Positions 12,412-25,694 are shown, numbered from the stretch's first letter. The stretch: 64,000 bases of DNA from Paraphysomonas bandaiensis (GCA_965644295.1 CBFFRP010000563.1:1-64000), one strand, 5' to 3'. The notes: generated by a model not told the origin, from the sequence alone. Numbers and translations: made by a program.

Positions 12412-12820
12412 AGTGAAGGTCTTGTTTTTAGCAATGGGCTTAGAACTAAACAATTTAACTATTTTGTGCTTAACTCTAATATTCTATTATTTAACACTAT
12501 TAAAGCTGCTTGTGCGGCACCGCAAACACAAAGGTTCAACCTCTTGTGCTCTATCACTCAAAGCAATCGCAGTGAGTAAGCAGAATGTTAATATTAAATA
12601 TACCCGATATCTGCTGACTTCAGGGTTTTTGAGTCCTTAAAGTAAACATCCCGGATACTTGACTTCAGCAGGCAGCAATACCCCGGATGCGCTTAAGATG
12701 GACCCATTCCCGGATGCCTGCTTATTCGTTATGTCCCAAAGACACCTGCACAGACAAGTAAAACTTACTAGTGACCCTTGTACCATTAGGTACTAATCCC
12801 AAGGCCACCACGAAAATTTC
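12412..12820 (-). repeat. Dispersed ~450-bp repeat with GCATCCGGG/CTGAAGTCA motifs, copy 1
   Basis: Its reverse complement aligns with 60118-60575 and 60969-61320 (e.g. GGCATCCGGGA, GCCTGCTGAAGTCAAG, GCACAAGCAGCTT). Confidence 0.8.
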
Positions 12821-12955
12821 AATACCTCGTAGTTTCTATTTTCTCAGATTTCTTCTGTGGTGGTAATGTATCGTTTTGAAGTGATCTAGAACAATTGTTA
12901 TTCCCTTGTAGTTTTATATATTCAACTACGGGTAGTAATAAACTTTTTATAACAC

Positions 12956-14234
12956 TGTAACGCTATGGCGTTAAACCATTATTCCTGTGATTGAGATCTG
13001 GCTGATGATATCTATGGTTCGGAGCGAGTTGTGCTTATGTGGGCTACATTAGAACGAGTGACAACCTCACTAGTGATATCTATTGTGTATATTATGATTA
13101 CATGTATGCTTGCATGTACATCACACTGTGTCATTGCACTGCATGTCATCATGGTATTTATATTGCGTTAGAGCTATGCATGTGTTAACTATATATCACC
13201 CACACCACATATATATGACACATTATACATCTTATCTATTATTGCACACATACTACTACACTTCACACATTTAACACTGTATGCTGTGTTGGTGTTGATT
13301 CTTCTCTAGCTGCAGATAGAAGGAACTAGAGATCAATATAGTGTATTCATATTCATCCATACCTTCTGCTATCTCTATATATATTATGCGTATTACCATC
13401 TATATCCGTCATTACACTCTTATCATCTTGCATACTGTATGGCATATTGTACACGTGCTTGTGTAAGATCCAAGTCTTGTCATAAGCACGATCTGTATAT
13501 ATACATGCCATGAATATGACGTATGTATGGTATATGTACACATTGTATCACCTGAGGGTTCATTCATCTTGTTATGAGGCCATTGGTACTCTCTGTGCGT
13601 TAAGAGCATCATCATCTTCAGTCTCTTCTTAACTGATGAAAAATATATCAGTTTGGACTGTTCATCATGTTTGGAGCCGTGACTTGTCTGATATATTTTT
13701 CATCACTTAAGAAGAGACTGAAGATGATGATGCTCTTAACGCACAGAGAGTACCAATGGCCTCATAACAAGATGAATGAACCCTCAGGTGATACAATGTG
13801 TACATATACCATACATACGTCATATTCATGGCATGTATATATACAGATCGTGCTTATGACAAGACTTGGATCTTACACAAGCACGTGTACAATATGCCAT
13901 ACAGTATGCAAGATGATAAGAGTGTAATGACGGATAAGAGTGTGAAGTGTAGTAGTATGTGTGCAATAATAGATAAGATGTATAATGTGTCATATATATG
14001 TGGTGTGGGTGATATATAGTTAACACATGCATAGCTCTAACGCAATATAAATACCATGATGACATGCAGTGCAATGACACAGTGTGATGTACATGCAAGC
14101 ATACATGTAATCATAATATACACAATAGATATCACTAGTGAGGTTGTCACTCGTTCTAATGTAGCCCACATAAGCACAACTCGCTCCGAACCATAGAAAG
14201 CACAGGAATAATGGTTTAACGCCACAGCGTTACA
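12956..14234. repeat. Large inverted repeat (~550-bp arms, ~36-nt loop, 135-bp insert in the left arm)
   Basis: 13011-13267 mirrors ~13940-14197 and 13403-13651 mirrors 13688-13936. Outer ends are TGTAACGCT / AGCGTTACA. The ORF track shows the same peptides on opposite strands. Confidence 0.9.
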
Positions 14235-14565
14235 CTACCTTTTCCCATCTCTTTTACATAACTGATGAAAAACAATTGTAGCACCGCTGCACAACACAAC
14301 GAATATATTTTATCATGAAAAGCAACTGAGAGGTATTGAAATTCGTAAATAAGTGTGACGATGAATTTGAAAACAATGTAGTTGCATGAGGCTTCCTCTT
14401 GTTGCTATTATCATCACTTTATTTATATACAACATCACGCTTAAATCCTGACTCGAATTCTATAAGTATGATATGAGGCACATAATTCTGATATGCAACC
14501 CTAAAAGAGCTGGGTACTGCTGCTCCTATAAATCACCTTTAGCATTAGATGTGACATTGAACCTC

Positions 14566-15634
14566 GGGATCTATTTTTCGACCAAGTCAATTTGGTGGAA
14601 TTTCCTAGTCACACCAAAATTGGAGTAAAAACCTAGTCAAAAGGTTAAAAAACCTAGTCATTAAATAATTAGATTTTTAACTTTACAATGACTAGGTTGA
14701 CTAGGTGGAATAGGGTATTCACCTAGTCAAACGTGGGAGCATACTCTACAAATATTGCATGCATGCAATATGCAATGTGCATCATATATTTCAGCATCGT
14801 ATCTTAGGATGGACAAATATCTCATCAGGGGCATCAGAGAACCGACGCTGCCATCGAAACCCTTTCTCGCTCTTGTATACCAGCACCAATCCAAGCATAT
14901 ACATATCTCCAGGCACTCGAATTATTGCAAGGACTGCCGCAAATCCTTTCAGGCATAATGGAGCTTGACAATAATGTTCCCTTACGTTATATAATATATC
15001 TCGTACACACCTCTTGTTATGTTTGTTGTGATGCTCTCCGAGCCATCAAAATGTTGCGTGGTGTGTGCGCATATCTTATAGTGGTATAATATAGTGGGAT
15101 GGTATAGTGGTATAATATAGTGGGATGGTATAGTGATGCATAGTAATATGGTATGGGTGTATAGTGAGATGGTATATGGGTGTATAGTGAGATGGTATGT
15201 GGGTGTATTCTGAGATGGTATAGTGGTGTTTAGTGAGATGGTTATAGTTCATACTTGTGAACTGTATGTAATATATATGTGTAGTCGGTGACTTTTATTG
15301 CTGTAAAACTGAAGTAATATGGAAGAAATTAGTAAAAAATATTATAAATAATACTCTTCACACTGTTATTAACTTCATAGTTATTTATTGTGCATAGTTA
15401 TACCCTTTTCCGACCATCACCAAAAATTTCACCAGGTTTTACATCAAAACCCAGGTTTTGGTATTACCTCGACTTTTAGACAGTCGCAATGTGTAATCAA
15501 TGGATATAAGAACGACTAGGTTTAATACTATATTTGGCTAGGTTGAGTCATTTATGGCTTTGACTAGGTTTTTACACCGAAAATGGAATGACTAGGAAAT
15601 TCCACCAAATTGACTAGGTTGAATAATATATCCC
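14566..15634. mobile_element. Non-autonomous Mutator-like (MULE) TIR element
   Basis: Imperfect ~75-bp TIRs starting GGGAT/ATCCC with a core GTCAATTTGGTGGAATTTCCTAGTCA, iterated CCTAGTCA subterminal motifs, and a perfect 10-bp TSD ATTGAACCTC (14556-14565, 15635-15644). Confidence 0.85.
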
Positions 15635-15961
15635 ATTGAACCTCCAGAAAAAGTCTTGAAGTATTGTTTCGAAGTCCAGGTTACGAAGTACTATCACTTG
15701 TACTATCATCATATTCTGATCTTCTACATATGTGACGAAAGATGGGCTATAACTTCGAGTGTTTGAGAATCTACTCTTGAAAGTTGACTTGTAATTGTGG
15801 TTCCTAAAATAATGAAGCAATGACTGTCAGTATCAAAATTGAGATGAAGATAGGTTTTGTTCGAGCCGAATGGAAGTGGAACGTTTGGTGCTAATATGGG
15901 CGTTCTGTTGAACCCAATTCAGGTAAAAACCTCTTTTGTTAGACTAGAGTGGGAATATATA

Positions 15962-16542
15962 TGTAACGACTACGGGTGATTGAGCCTCGCTATCATGACT
16001 AACATTGCTGGTCTTATCATCCCTGTCCATGTGCACAGGTGATGTGGGGTAGGATAGTCTTCTCACAACACTCTTCACTTAACTTCCTCTTCTTACTCTT
16101 TACTTCGCTACTTCTTAACTTTCAACAACTACGATATCAACTTTCACTATTATATCTAAAACTCCATATCCTTCTACCTATATCCCCATAGTTAATTCTA
16201 GAAGTGGTTTCCCAGCCATAAATAGCTAGTTTTCTACTTCCAGAAATAATCATATAAAAATTCCTTAACATCCTGCTATCTACTCCTATATCATCCTACA
16301 GAATACCTACGTATACCATCATAATACTGTACGGGTTACCATGAACGTCCGTTACATCCGTATGTACGGGTAGTTCCGGTACACTCCAACCCTATATCTG
16401 GCCTTAATACTCGTATCTTCTGATCTAATCATAACTACCATCTACATCTCATCTCATACTACAACCTACATCACTTCATCTTATTCTTCAGCCATAACAA
16501 CCTCCTAAATCACCCATACTTGACATACCCAATTTTGCTACA
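15962..16542 (-). mobile_element. Solo LTR of the element at 1-1924
   Basis: 15962-16441 matches 1443-1924 and starts exactly at the TG terminus. A candidate other end GCTACA at 16542 gives TGTAAC/GCTACA termini and a TATA 4-bp TSD. The right boundary is tentative. Confidence 0.7.
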
Positions 16543-16926
16543 TATAGATGCCATTGGTTTGAAACAATGCTTTGATCCATTAACCACTAACAACAAGCGA
16601 GCTACAAATAGCTCTACATTATAGGTATTAAGTGCTCAATATTTATTTAAGAATAGAGGTAACAACAACCAAGTTAAATTTTACATTGTAATAGCAGTTC
16701 GCATCCCAAAGAATAATAATAAAATAACCATAACTCATATAATGATAAAATTGTTCTTGTGTGCTGCATGACACAATGTCCAAAATTATGTATCTTAATA
16801 TAGTGGTCGTATCGCTCTTAATTCATGATGTATGTTCGGAAACATACATCTAAATTAATGAAATTTATGTACAGTGCCAGTAATCTAAAATCCACTGAAA
16901 CTCGATTGCTTATACTCAGCAATAAG

Positions 16927-17799
16927 TTACAGTGTCGGAAATACTGCAGAAAAAGTTTTAGAATTTGAAGTCTCGTCAACTTGAGATGAAACTAGGGGTG
17001 AAGATGACCCGACCTTGTACTGTCAACATATAGAAAAGTTAGACCAGCGTTCGGCTATATAAGAAGTGCCAGAAAAATATACGTAATTTTCAAGCACAAA
17101 CATCTGATAATACGTTAAGTATTACACAAACAGTGATAACAGTGATTTACCATATTCACAATGAGAATAATTGTTATTGTTACCTTACTCGCCCCATCAA
17201 TATGTGTTCTTTTCCCACTTATATCTGGAAATCTTGTGAATGCTGGTTTATTATTCACAGGGGGTAATTGAGGTAAGACTTTATGAGGACATCGCCCATT
17301 AGGAGGATTTGAATACTCTGATAGAGGAATATCAATCTTTAATTCCAAAATATCTTTGGTAACTTTAGGTACTGATTTGGGACGTCTAAATGACATCACT
17401 GGTGATATATTCTGCGATAGTTGTGATGATAACATACATGTTGGTTGAAGAAGTATTTATGTTTGTAAAATCAAATGCGGTTGTCGGCTCGTTAGTATTC
17501 TTATATATCTTCTTCCATACAGCTTCATTAGATGGGGAATCAGATGATGATGATGATGATGATATTGTATGTATTGTATGACGTCTTTGTTTATGTGTAT
17601 GTGTATGTGTATGTGTATGTCTGTGTTTGTGTGAAGGTGTCTCTGTATGTGTGTGTGTATGTGTGTGTGTATGTATGTGTGTATGGGATGCAGTCGGTGT
17701 GCGTATATCGTCCGAGTTATCTCCAATAAATAATTCTTTCATATTATTTCCATTATATTCAATTTCATTTAAGTGTAGCATCTTATGTTTACTTTCCAT
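16927..17799 (-). CDS. Hypothetical spliced protein (low complexity)
   Basis: ORFs 17386-17799 and 17115-17435, a GT donor near 17182 and a plausible terminal exon ~16927-17018. No recognisable domain, and the splice model is unresolved. Confidence 0.35.
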
Positions 17800-20509
17800 A
17801 TCTGATTAATTGTCTAGCATTGTGAGATATAGATGGATATGTGTGTGTATGTATGTATGCTCTGCTGTTTACTTGGAAACTAAACTCCGTTGAGTTGACG
17901 GTTAATGGAGCCTTTATATCCAATCATTTTAATATAGTCGTATATGATTTGATAATAACAGCACGTCAGATATTTCTTTTTGTTAAGAATTAGGGAAATA
18001 TTGGGTCATAAATATCTGGATTTTTTTGTTTTGTAGAGGAATGGGTTATAAATATCACGGATTTTCGAACAAAAACCAGGTTATATAGAGCAATATGGAA
18101 ATACATGTAGAGAGTATGTATCCTCCCTCGTTGCATATAGAAGAAGATATGCAGAGAATATATCTCACATCTCTCATTATATACAACTGCAGCAGTTTTG
18201 TATAGAGGTCCTGTGATGAAGCTGCATCTAAACTATGCCTGGTGTAATAAGGGAGTGTCTGATCTCATCCACTGGGTTTTCGATAGCTTAGTTTTTAGGA
18301 GGTGGCGGGAAGTACTCCAAAAAACCCTACTAAAAGTTTAAAAATATGCTATTTACTGGAAAAAATCCATTCAAAACACAATTTCCTGGATTTTCGAAGT
18401 ACAGTGTATAATTATCCAGAAATCCAGCAAAGAAAAAATGTGGTATAAATATTGGAGACTATTCCAAAAATGAAGGATTTTCATATATTTCTTAAAGATT
18501 TTTTCATTTTATCAATCAAAATATTGTGATTTTAACACAATATAAATTATAAAATACGGAATATTTCGTTAAATGGGGGCTTTTATAAGGCATTGCATTA
18601 ATATCCTCGTAAGATCAATACATGCATCTGTCTCACGCAGTCAAGCAAGCAACTCAATACAAAGTAATCTATCAAACCACTCTATGCAACTCCTTATATG
18701 ATTCTAATGATTTGTTTCATTCCCATATGAACTGCATCTTTACAGTTATGAAGATGGTCGTCTAAGATGTGGGAATATGCATGAAAGTGCATACTGGTAT
18801 GCAATTGACGTTACTCTCATGCACTATACTGTACCAGGCCTCTTAATACTGAAGTCTTTTAATGATATTATGATGCTCAGATGCATGATCTATCCACATA
18901 CAATGCACCATGCATGAGCCGTTTCTACTCTTATTCTTTATAGATTTATGAAGTTTCAATCCCATGTCGCTATGAGTCTGCGACAGCTCTACAGTCTTCT
19001 CTTTTTCTTCCTTCAATCACCAGAGTCTACATTTTGCTTCAGAGGAGGGGCTTCAAAGTCATCGTCTGGCTTTTCTAAATGCATGTTTATCTCAGAAAAG
19101 TGATGCACAACAATACGAAGACGTGTGTATACTCAAATTAGTCATAGTATTGGGCATATAATGAGCAATAGTTGAGAGTATATCTACAGGTCAGATGAGG
19201 TCTTTCGCAGGTGTGGTGTGCCGGCGTATCTAAATCGACCCCTCCTCCCCAACCAGAACTTATCACCATCAATACTGCGAATCAGTTAAAAGTAAGAGCA
19301 CCATCGTGTCAAGCACCATAAATCGCCGCATGGCGCTATGAGCAATGACCATCTCCAAATACTCCAATTTAATTAAAGTGACTGTGATTTACAGTCATCT
19401 GAGAGTGGGGAAATCCACCTATGTAAGAAAACAAAAACGGAAACGAGGCCGAAAATCTCGTAAGGCGTTCACTTTGAAGATATATATCAAAACATCTAGA
19501 TTATAAATTATATCTACTGTTGGTCATTTGAAACGAAATATGGTTCAAAGCATAACATTTCCAGTGATACTTTTACTGTCATCAGATATACGGTGACTTC
19601 TATTTAAGTGCATCTGAAAAGTGAAAAGTAATCAGCCAAGTTTGATACCCGTCTTCCTAGTCTGTTCCTGTTGTCATTTAAAAAAATTATACGTAATAGT
19701 TTTACATTCTTTATGCAATGTACTGATGCTTTGATCATTGCAATATAACAGTCTGGTGACTGTTTATGCACATATTAGTTCTCAAAACAAGATGTTAACC
19801 ACTGATTAGAAATAATTATAATTTTATTTAACATTTCAGAACATATTCATTTTGTTACATCTGTTTTACTTCACATTGTCATATGTTGACAATCAACACA
19901 CAACACACTATTTTGGTATCAAAACCTACAATCAAAGTAATGAATTATTCAAAATCTGCATTCTTTAGGTATGGCTAGGTGAAAATAACATAAACAGCTA
20001 CTCAACCTAGTCTTATTGTAAACGAAAAATATAAACTCACTAATGACGTTGAGTATCATATATGTCAATAGTTGACGTAAATGTACTTTGAACTTACGCC
20101 ATTACCGCATCAGGGCAACTACATACACTTTTACTACAATAACCAATGGCGTTACGGTACTAATACTTAGTCATAGATGCCACTTACTTCCAAGTACAAA
20201 TTATAATGGTTTGCAAAGGTAGTATACATGTATACACTGCGCTTCAGAATTGGCATAGGTAAGACATACGTAACAAAAATTGATAAGACAGAAGAAATTA
20301 TTACATTTCGATATGATTTCGTTCTATCTTTGGCAGCCCCTTCAAAATAGTAACGATAGTGACTTTTGCGTAATAATATCAGCTCAAAGAAAAATAGCAC
20401 AGCACGACATTGTTTGCCGTGTCTCTATAGAAAACTATCACATACACTAACACAAGTACTGGTGTAAATAGATACTATCGTATAATATCATAATATACCA
20501 ACACATGAC

Positions 20510-23500
20510 TTAGTCGTACAAGTTGTGTTCCTGTGCGAATTCCTCATCATCTGTGTCAAGCTCTTCGCCTTCCTTAATCTTCTTCTTCAAAATCTTGATC
20601 TTGGCCTTCTGGTCACGCTTGGAAAGAGTCTTCTTGACCTTCACCTCACTGACGTTTCCGAGAGCATCGGTCATCTCGGTGATAATCTGGGTATCCGAGA
20701 TCTTGTCGTCCTGTCTGTTCATCCATCCCACTTCGCCCTTGGTGGTCAAGTGGCCAGCGTCCATCACCCACTCCTCAGGACAGAGGGTAGACACAAACTC
20801 GTTGTTGTGGGAAATGATAACGACACCACCCTCGAACTCCTCAATGGCCTTAGCGAGGGCACCCAACGACTCTCTGTCGAGGTAGTTGGTAGGCTCGTCA
20901 AGAATGAGAATATGGGGCTGGTTCCACATGGCAGCGGCGATCACAACCTTGACCTTCTGTCCACCAGAGAGGGCAGACATACGGTAGTGGGTCGCGAACT
21001 CGGCACCAAGACCACAGTCACCAAGGTGCTTCTCGACATTGGCGGAAGAGAGAGTGCGGACATAAAGACCGGCTCTCTGGGCAAGTCTGGCATCAATGGC
21101 CTTGCAGCCCTTGGACCATCCACGTCTGGTAAGAGCCTCAACAGTAACCCAGCCCTCTTCACCACCCTTGAACTTCACCTCGTACTCAGTCTTCTTGTCC
21201 TTGTTCTCACGTCTGTTTCCAACAAGCTCAGAGACAACCTTCATGGCCTTGCGCTGAGTTCCATCATCATCCTTCCAGGAGTGCTCAAAGGGCTCGCTCT
21301 GGAGCTTCTTCTCCTCCTCGGTGAGAACCATCGAAACTTTAACGAGAGACTCCTTGTCCTCCCCATTGGCGTATCTCCAACGAATGTACTCGTTAGGAGT
21401 CTTGTTGAGGTGATTCTCAATGTGGTGGAAAGCATGCTGAGCGACATATGCAATACGGGCATTGGGGTGCTTCCAGACCTCTCCAGTCTGAGGAACCACT
21501 TCTCCAGTGAGCACCTTAATCATGGTGGACTTTCCGGCACCATTCTCTCCGACGCACCCCACACGAGAGGCCATGGACACCTGAACGCTGATGTCGAAGA
21601 GAGTAGGAGTGGTGTTGCCAGGGTAGGTGAAGTCACAGTGGGACATCTTCATGAGGGCCTTGGAACGAGACTTGACACCCTCAATAGGACCAGGCTGAGG
21701 GAAGCTGAACTTAAGCTTGGACTCCTTAAGACTGAAGTAGCTCATTGCCTCAGGGTTCTTGGCGATGAAGCTATCGAGGTTGCCCTTGTACTGGTGCAAC
21801 TTGAGGCGGTCGATCTGAAGGATGTTGGTACAGCAGTCATTCAAGAAACCAGAGTCGTGGGACACCATGATGGCAGTCACGTTGGTGAGAGAGTTGATGT
21901 AGTTCTTAACCCAGGCCACGTTGATGACGTCCAAGTGGTTAGTAGGTTCATCGAGGAGCAGAATATCTGCCCTCTGAAGCATGGCACGAGCCATAGCGAG
22001 CTTCATTCTCCATCCACCAGAAAGAGATGACACGGGGTTATTGGGCTTGGCCTTACCGTTCTCAGTGAACCCGACATTAGCCATGGTAGCGAGAACCTCC
22101 TCACGGGAGAGTCCAGCCAAGCGAGGGTCCTGCATGATGTAGTCCACGCAAGAAAGATGGGAAAGCTCACCAAGGATATCAGCCTCCACGAACACAGTGC
22201 GCACCTGAGAGGAATCAGGGAATCCCTCTACAGATCCGTTGGCGATGGATCTCATGAGGGTGGTCTTTCCAGAATCGTTACCACCCAGAAGACCATACTT
22301 GGCACCTCTCTTGAGACGCATGTTCGTGTTGTGAAGAAGAATCTTGGTACCGTAGGCAAGGGTAAACTGACAGTTGCAGAGCTCCTCGGCATCGTCGTCA
22401 TCATCATCGTTGGCAGTCTCAATCTTGATCATCTCCTTACACACGGGGATCAGGCCCTCGACAGCAGCTGCGGCGGCTGAGTCGCCGATAAGCACTGCGA
22501 GCTGAGAGGAGACATCAGACCACTGCTCAACGTCGAAATGCTTCACTCCCATAAGAGAGCACACCAAAGAGGCGATGTGCTTGAGTGCAACCTCTCCCTC
22601 GGCGGGGACACCAGACACCTTTTCCTTGAGGGCAGTGAGAACAAGGTCGTAGTTAATACCCTTGGTAACTATGCTCTTAACAAGATCATTGAGGCGGTTA
22701 AGCTGGAAAGAAGCACGCTCAGAGACAGCGCGGGCCTCAGGATCAGACATAGCATCGGCAGATCTCTCGAGGGCAGGCATAAGCTCGGGAAGAAAGGGAG
22801 CAGCATCAAGAGGGTCATCGACAAGCTTAGACATGTTGTCAATGATGACAGCAGACTGACGACGTGTAGCGGTGACACGACTCTTGAGACCACGAAGCAA
22901 CAGGGGCACAACCATGGCAAGAGCAGGGGATTGCACAGACTGGACGAAGGTGACGCCAGCAAGGGCATGCATAATCTCAGGGACCTCCTCAGGATTAGTG
23001 ATAGACTTGAGGATGTGAGATGTCATGTGCTCAATATCTCTGTTTCCGATAACGTCACAGGCGGCAGACATGGCAGCGTAAGCAGCCTCGCTAACCTCCT
23101 TCTTCGTGTCAGTCATGCACGCAGTCACCTCAGGCACAACCTGTGGCAGGGCATTTCCGAGCTGCTCAGGAGCGTGGTCGCCAAAACTGGCGATGACATT
23201 GAGAGCCAGCACACGGCAGTTCCAGTTCTCCTCAATCTGAGCAGCAGCAAAGCAGTACTGAAGCACTTCACGAACAGAGTTAGCGCAAATGTTTGAGGTG
23301 ATGGCCTTCACAGAGTCAGCGGCGGCCTTACGAATAGCGCCCTGCTTGCAGCCAGAAGCCTTAAAGAGAACAGACAGACTGGCGCACAGGTGAGCCTCAG
23401 CAGACTGCATGCAGTTGTTGGCCAGCACAGTGTACACACCACATGCATCTACAGTGGCAGACACGTCGCCCTTGCCGGTCTTTGAGACCTGAGCATCGAG

Positions 23501-23620
23501 CTTAGCGATGAGAGGAGGAAGAACCTTCCAGTCCCCCTTAACAGAAGAGATAAGAGCTGACTCATTCTCAGGGCTCAAGGAGAGGTTCTTCATTAGCTGG
23601 TTAACGTCAAAAGCGGCCAT
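20510..23620 (-). CDS. eEF3: Eukaryotic translation elongation factor 3 (eEF3; HEAT domain, two ABC domains, chromodomain insert)
   Basis: ELCNCQFTLAYG, GGNDSGKT, LSGGWRMKLA, DEPTNHLD, GENGAGKST, AYVAQHAFHHI, LSGGQKVK, DEPTNYLDRESLGALA and a Lys-rich tail. Intronless with strong codon bias. Start at MAAFDV is likely. Confidence 0.95.
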   Translation of the reverse strand: MAAFDVNQLMKNLSLSPENESALISSVKGDWKVLPPLIAKLDAQVSKTGKGDVSATVDACGVYTVLANNCMQSAEAHLCASLSVLFKASGCKQGAIRKAAADSVKAITSNICANSVREVLQYCFAAAQIEENWNCRVLALNVIASFGDHAPEQLGNALPQVVPEVTACMTDTKKEVSEAAYAAMSAACDVIGNRDIEHMTSHILKSITNPEEVPEIMHALAGVTFVQSVQSPALAMVVPLLLRGLKSRVTATRRQSAVIIDNMSKLVDDPLDAAPFLPELMPALERSADAMSDPEARAVSERASFQLNRLNDLVKSIVTKGINYDLVLTALKEKVSGVPAEGEVALKHIASLVCSLMGVKHFDVEQWSDVSSQLAVLIGDSAAAAAVEGLIPVCKEMIKIETANDDDDDDAEELCNCQFTLAYGTKILLHNTNMRLKRGAKYGLLGGNDSGKTTLMRSIANGSVEGFPDSSQVRTVFVEADILGELSHLSCVDYIMQDPRLAGLSREEVLATMANVGFTENGKAKPNNPVSSLSGGWRMKLAMARAMLQRADILLLDEPTNHLDVINVAWVKNYINSLTNVTAIMVSHDSGFLNDCCTNILQIDRLKLHQYKGNLDSFIAKNPEAMSYFSLKESKLKFSFPQPGPIEGVKSRSKALMKMSHCDFTYPGNTTPTLFDISVQVSMASRVGCVGENGAGKSTMIKVLTGEVVPQTGEVWKHPNARIAYVAQHAFHHIENHLNKTPNEYIRWRYANGEDKESLVKVSMVLTEEEKKLQSEPFEHSWKDDDGTQRKAMKVVSELVGNRRENKDKKTEYEVKFKGGEEGWVTVEALTRRGWSKGCKAIDARLAQRAGLYVRTLSSANVEKHLGDCGLGAEFATHYRMSALSGGQKVKVVIAAAMWNQPHILILDEPTNYLDRESLGALAKAIEEFEGGVVIISHNNEFVSTLCPEEWVMDAGHLTTKGEVGWMNRQDDKISDTQIITEMTDALGNVSEVKVKKTLSKRDQKAKIKILKKKIKEGEELDTDDEEFAQEHNLYD

Positions 23621-23996
23621 GATAATATAGCTGTTGTGCTTTTGACTTACGATATATGTCACTATAAAGGGGCGAAATAATGAATGAAACTGAGAACTTT
23701 ATGTTTTGAATCGTACGATAGAATTGAATGGCTACGACATCACATCCATTCAATTTATCACTTGCGCTAGTTGACCGTTACGGTATCCAATCATATCGCT
23801 TCATTGTATCAGATGCGATTATGGTTCGTCAGTGGAAAGCACAGTATTTTTGTAGGAAAGTATTTTTGTGTTCTAAAAAAAAGGATATTCTCAAAAATAT
23901 CGGATTTATATGTTTTTTGTTGGGAATTTCCTGTATGTATTTTTATGTACGTTGTGTGTATGGTCTATGTACGATGAGCTACATACGTTTTATGTA

Positions 23997-24345
23997 CGTA
24001 CACAGCAGTGCAACAGTACGTACAGCTGTATACTTGTGGATAGAGTGGTACATATGTATATATACAGCAGTATGTGTGTACTCTGTACAGTAGTACATAT
24101 GTATAGAGTGTACAGCAGTACATATATATACATCTACTGTATAGGTAGAGTATGTGTGTACAGCAGTACATATATCTACTTCTACTGTATAGGTAGAGTA
24201 TGTGCGTGTACAGCAGTACATATATATACATCTACTGTATAGGTAGAGTATGTGCGTACAGCAGTACATATATATACATCTACTGCTGTATAGGTAGAGT
24301 ACAGCAGTACATACGTACATGTACAGTATATACAACGGTACATAT
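23997..24345. repeat. ~48-bp degenerate minisatellite upstream of eEF3
   Basis: Repeats of GTACAGCAGTACATATATATACATCTACTGTATAGGTAGAGTATGTG. Confidence 0.8.
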
Positions 24346-25694
24346 ATATAGAATTTTCAGAACCCCCTTAGGTTCATTCAATGGATTTTGGTGCTGGATT
24401 TTCATTTACTGGATTTTTCAGAAAATCTACGGGCTGAAAAACCACTATATTTGGGTAATCCAGCTAAGGCCGTTCCTTAGGACATGTCAAAATCAAAAAA
24501 ATGGTATTATTTTGACAGTGGGGTGCGTTTAATAGGTATAGCACATCCTACCGAACGATTGCCACATCCGGTATACGTGTATTTAACGCATATAGTGTAT
24601 GTATAATCGAATCCAGCACTTCTCAAAAATCCAGTGAATTGTCTACACAAAACTAAATTCACTGGATTTTTTCCAGCAAATGAGCATATTTTTATTTTTC
24701 GCGTTCGGTATTTTCAAAATCCAGTGTATTTGGACAAAATCCATCACTTTTTTGGTCTAATTATTAAAAAATATATATACAACTGCTGAACGCTGATTGG
24801 CTAGTCACTGCATTTTTGGTCTGTGGCTGTTGAGTTGGTTGAAGGCTCTTCCTATAGGCCTCTACGTGAATCTTCCTGAAGGTGGATATCTCCACAAAAT
24901 TGGCGAAATGTTGCTGAATTTTCTGTAGAATATTGTTCTTTGTTCTCTGCTGTGTCTCTAGATAGTTCATAGAATGTAAATGGTTCTGTATGAGTTGTTT
25001 GTTTCTGTGTACTGTCCTTGTTATGTTACAAGCCTAGCTTTTAACACGTTTAGAGAGGTGTCCCTAAATAAGTGCTTGAGGGTGCTCAGACAGTTGTAAG
25101 ACATAGTAATAAGCACATTCATCTTCACATTTTGCCTCTTGTTGTTATATTTACACACTCATTTTTATATACATAGCTTTTGAAATGTACATAAGATTTT
25201 TATTTAGAGCATATTTCTCGCGTCTTGTTTTATTAATTTCATTTTTATTTTTTCCCAATAACCTTTTTGAAATTCCTTCATGCTGCTCGTGGAATAACCT
25301 GATCTACTTTTATTACAGCAGTTTTTATCCCGCTGAATATAGTGATCCTCGATTGCTGCTGCATTGTAATCACTTAAACTGGGTGTTACTATTGTAACTT
25401 AAATCTCGCTTTTAAGATCATTACATTCTTGAAATAAATCGAAGACTTTTTGTATTCATTATAAGCTGATAGGTGAATGGAGAGACGCTCTTTTACGGAT
25501 AGCGAGGTTTTTCCATAGTATGTTTTATCTGTGTTTTTCTCCGGTAATTTTGTATACAAAGAAATTTTTCATATTTTGTTTTATTATAGTCAAGAAAGAA
25601 TAAACGAATTTAGTTATTTTATGTATGAAAATCGACATTATTTACAGTTTTTATTAGGATGGTTTCAGACTATGGTTTAGTCTGTTGCCTTCTA

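Noticed and set aside
20525-23296. Long plus-strand ORFs (501 aa, 252 aa)
   Set aside because: Antisense shadows of codon-biased eEF3 with no independent motifs.
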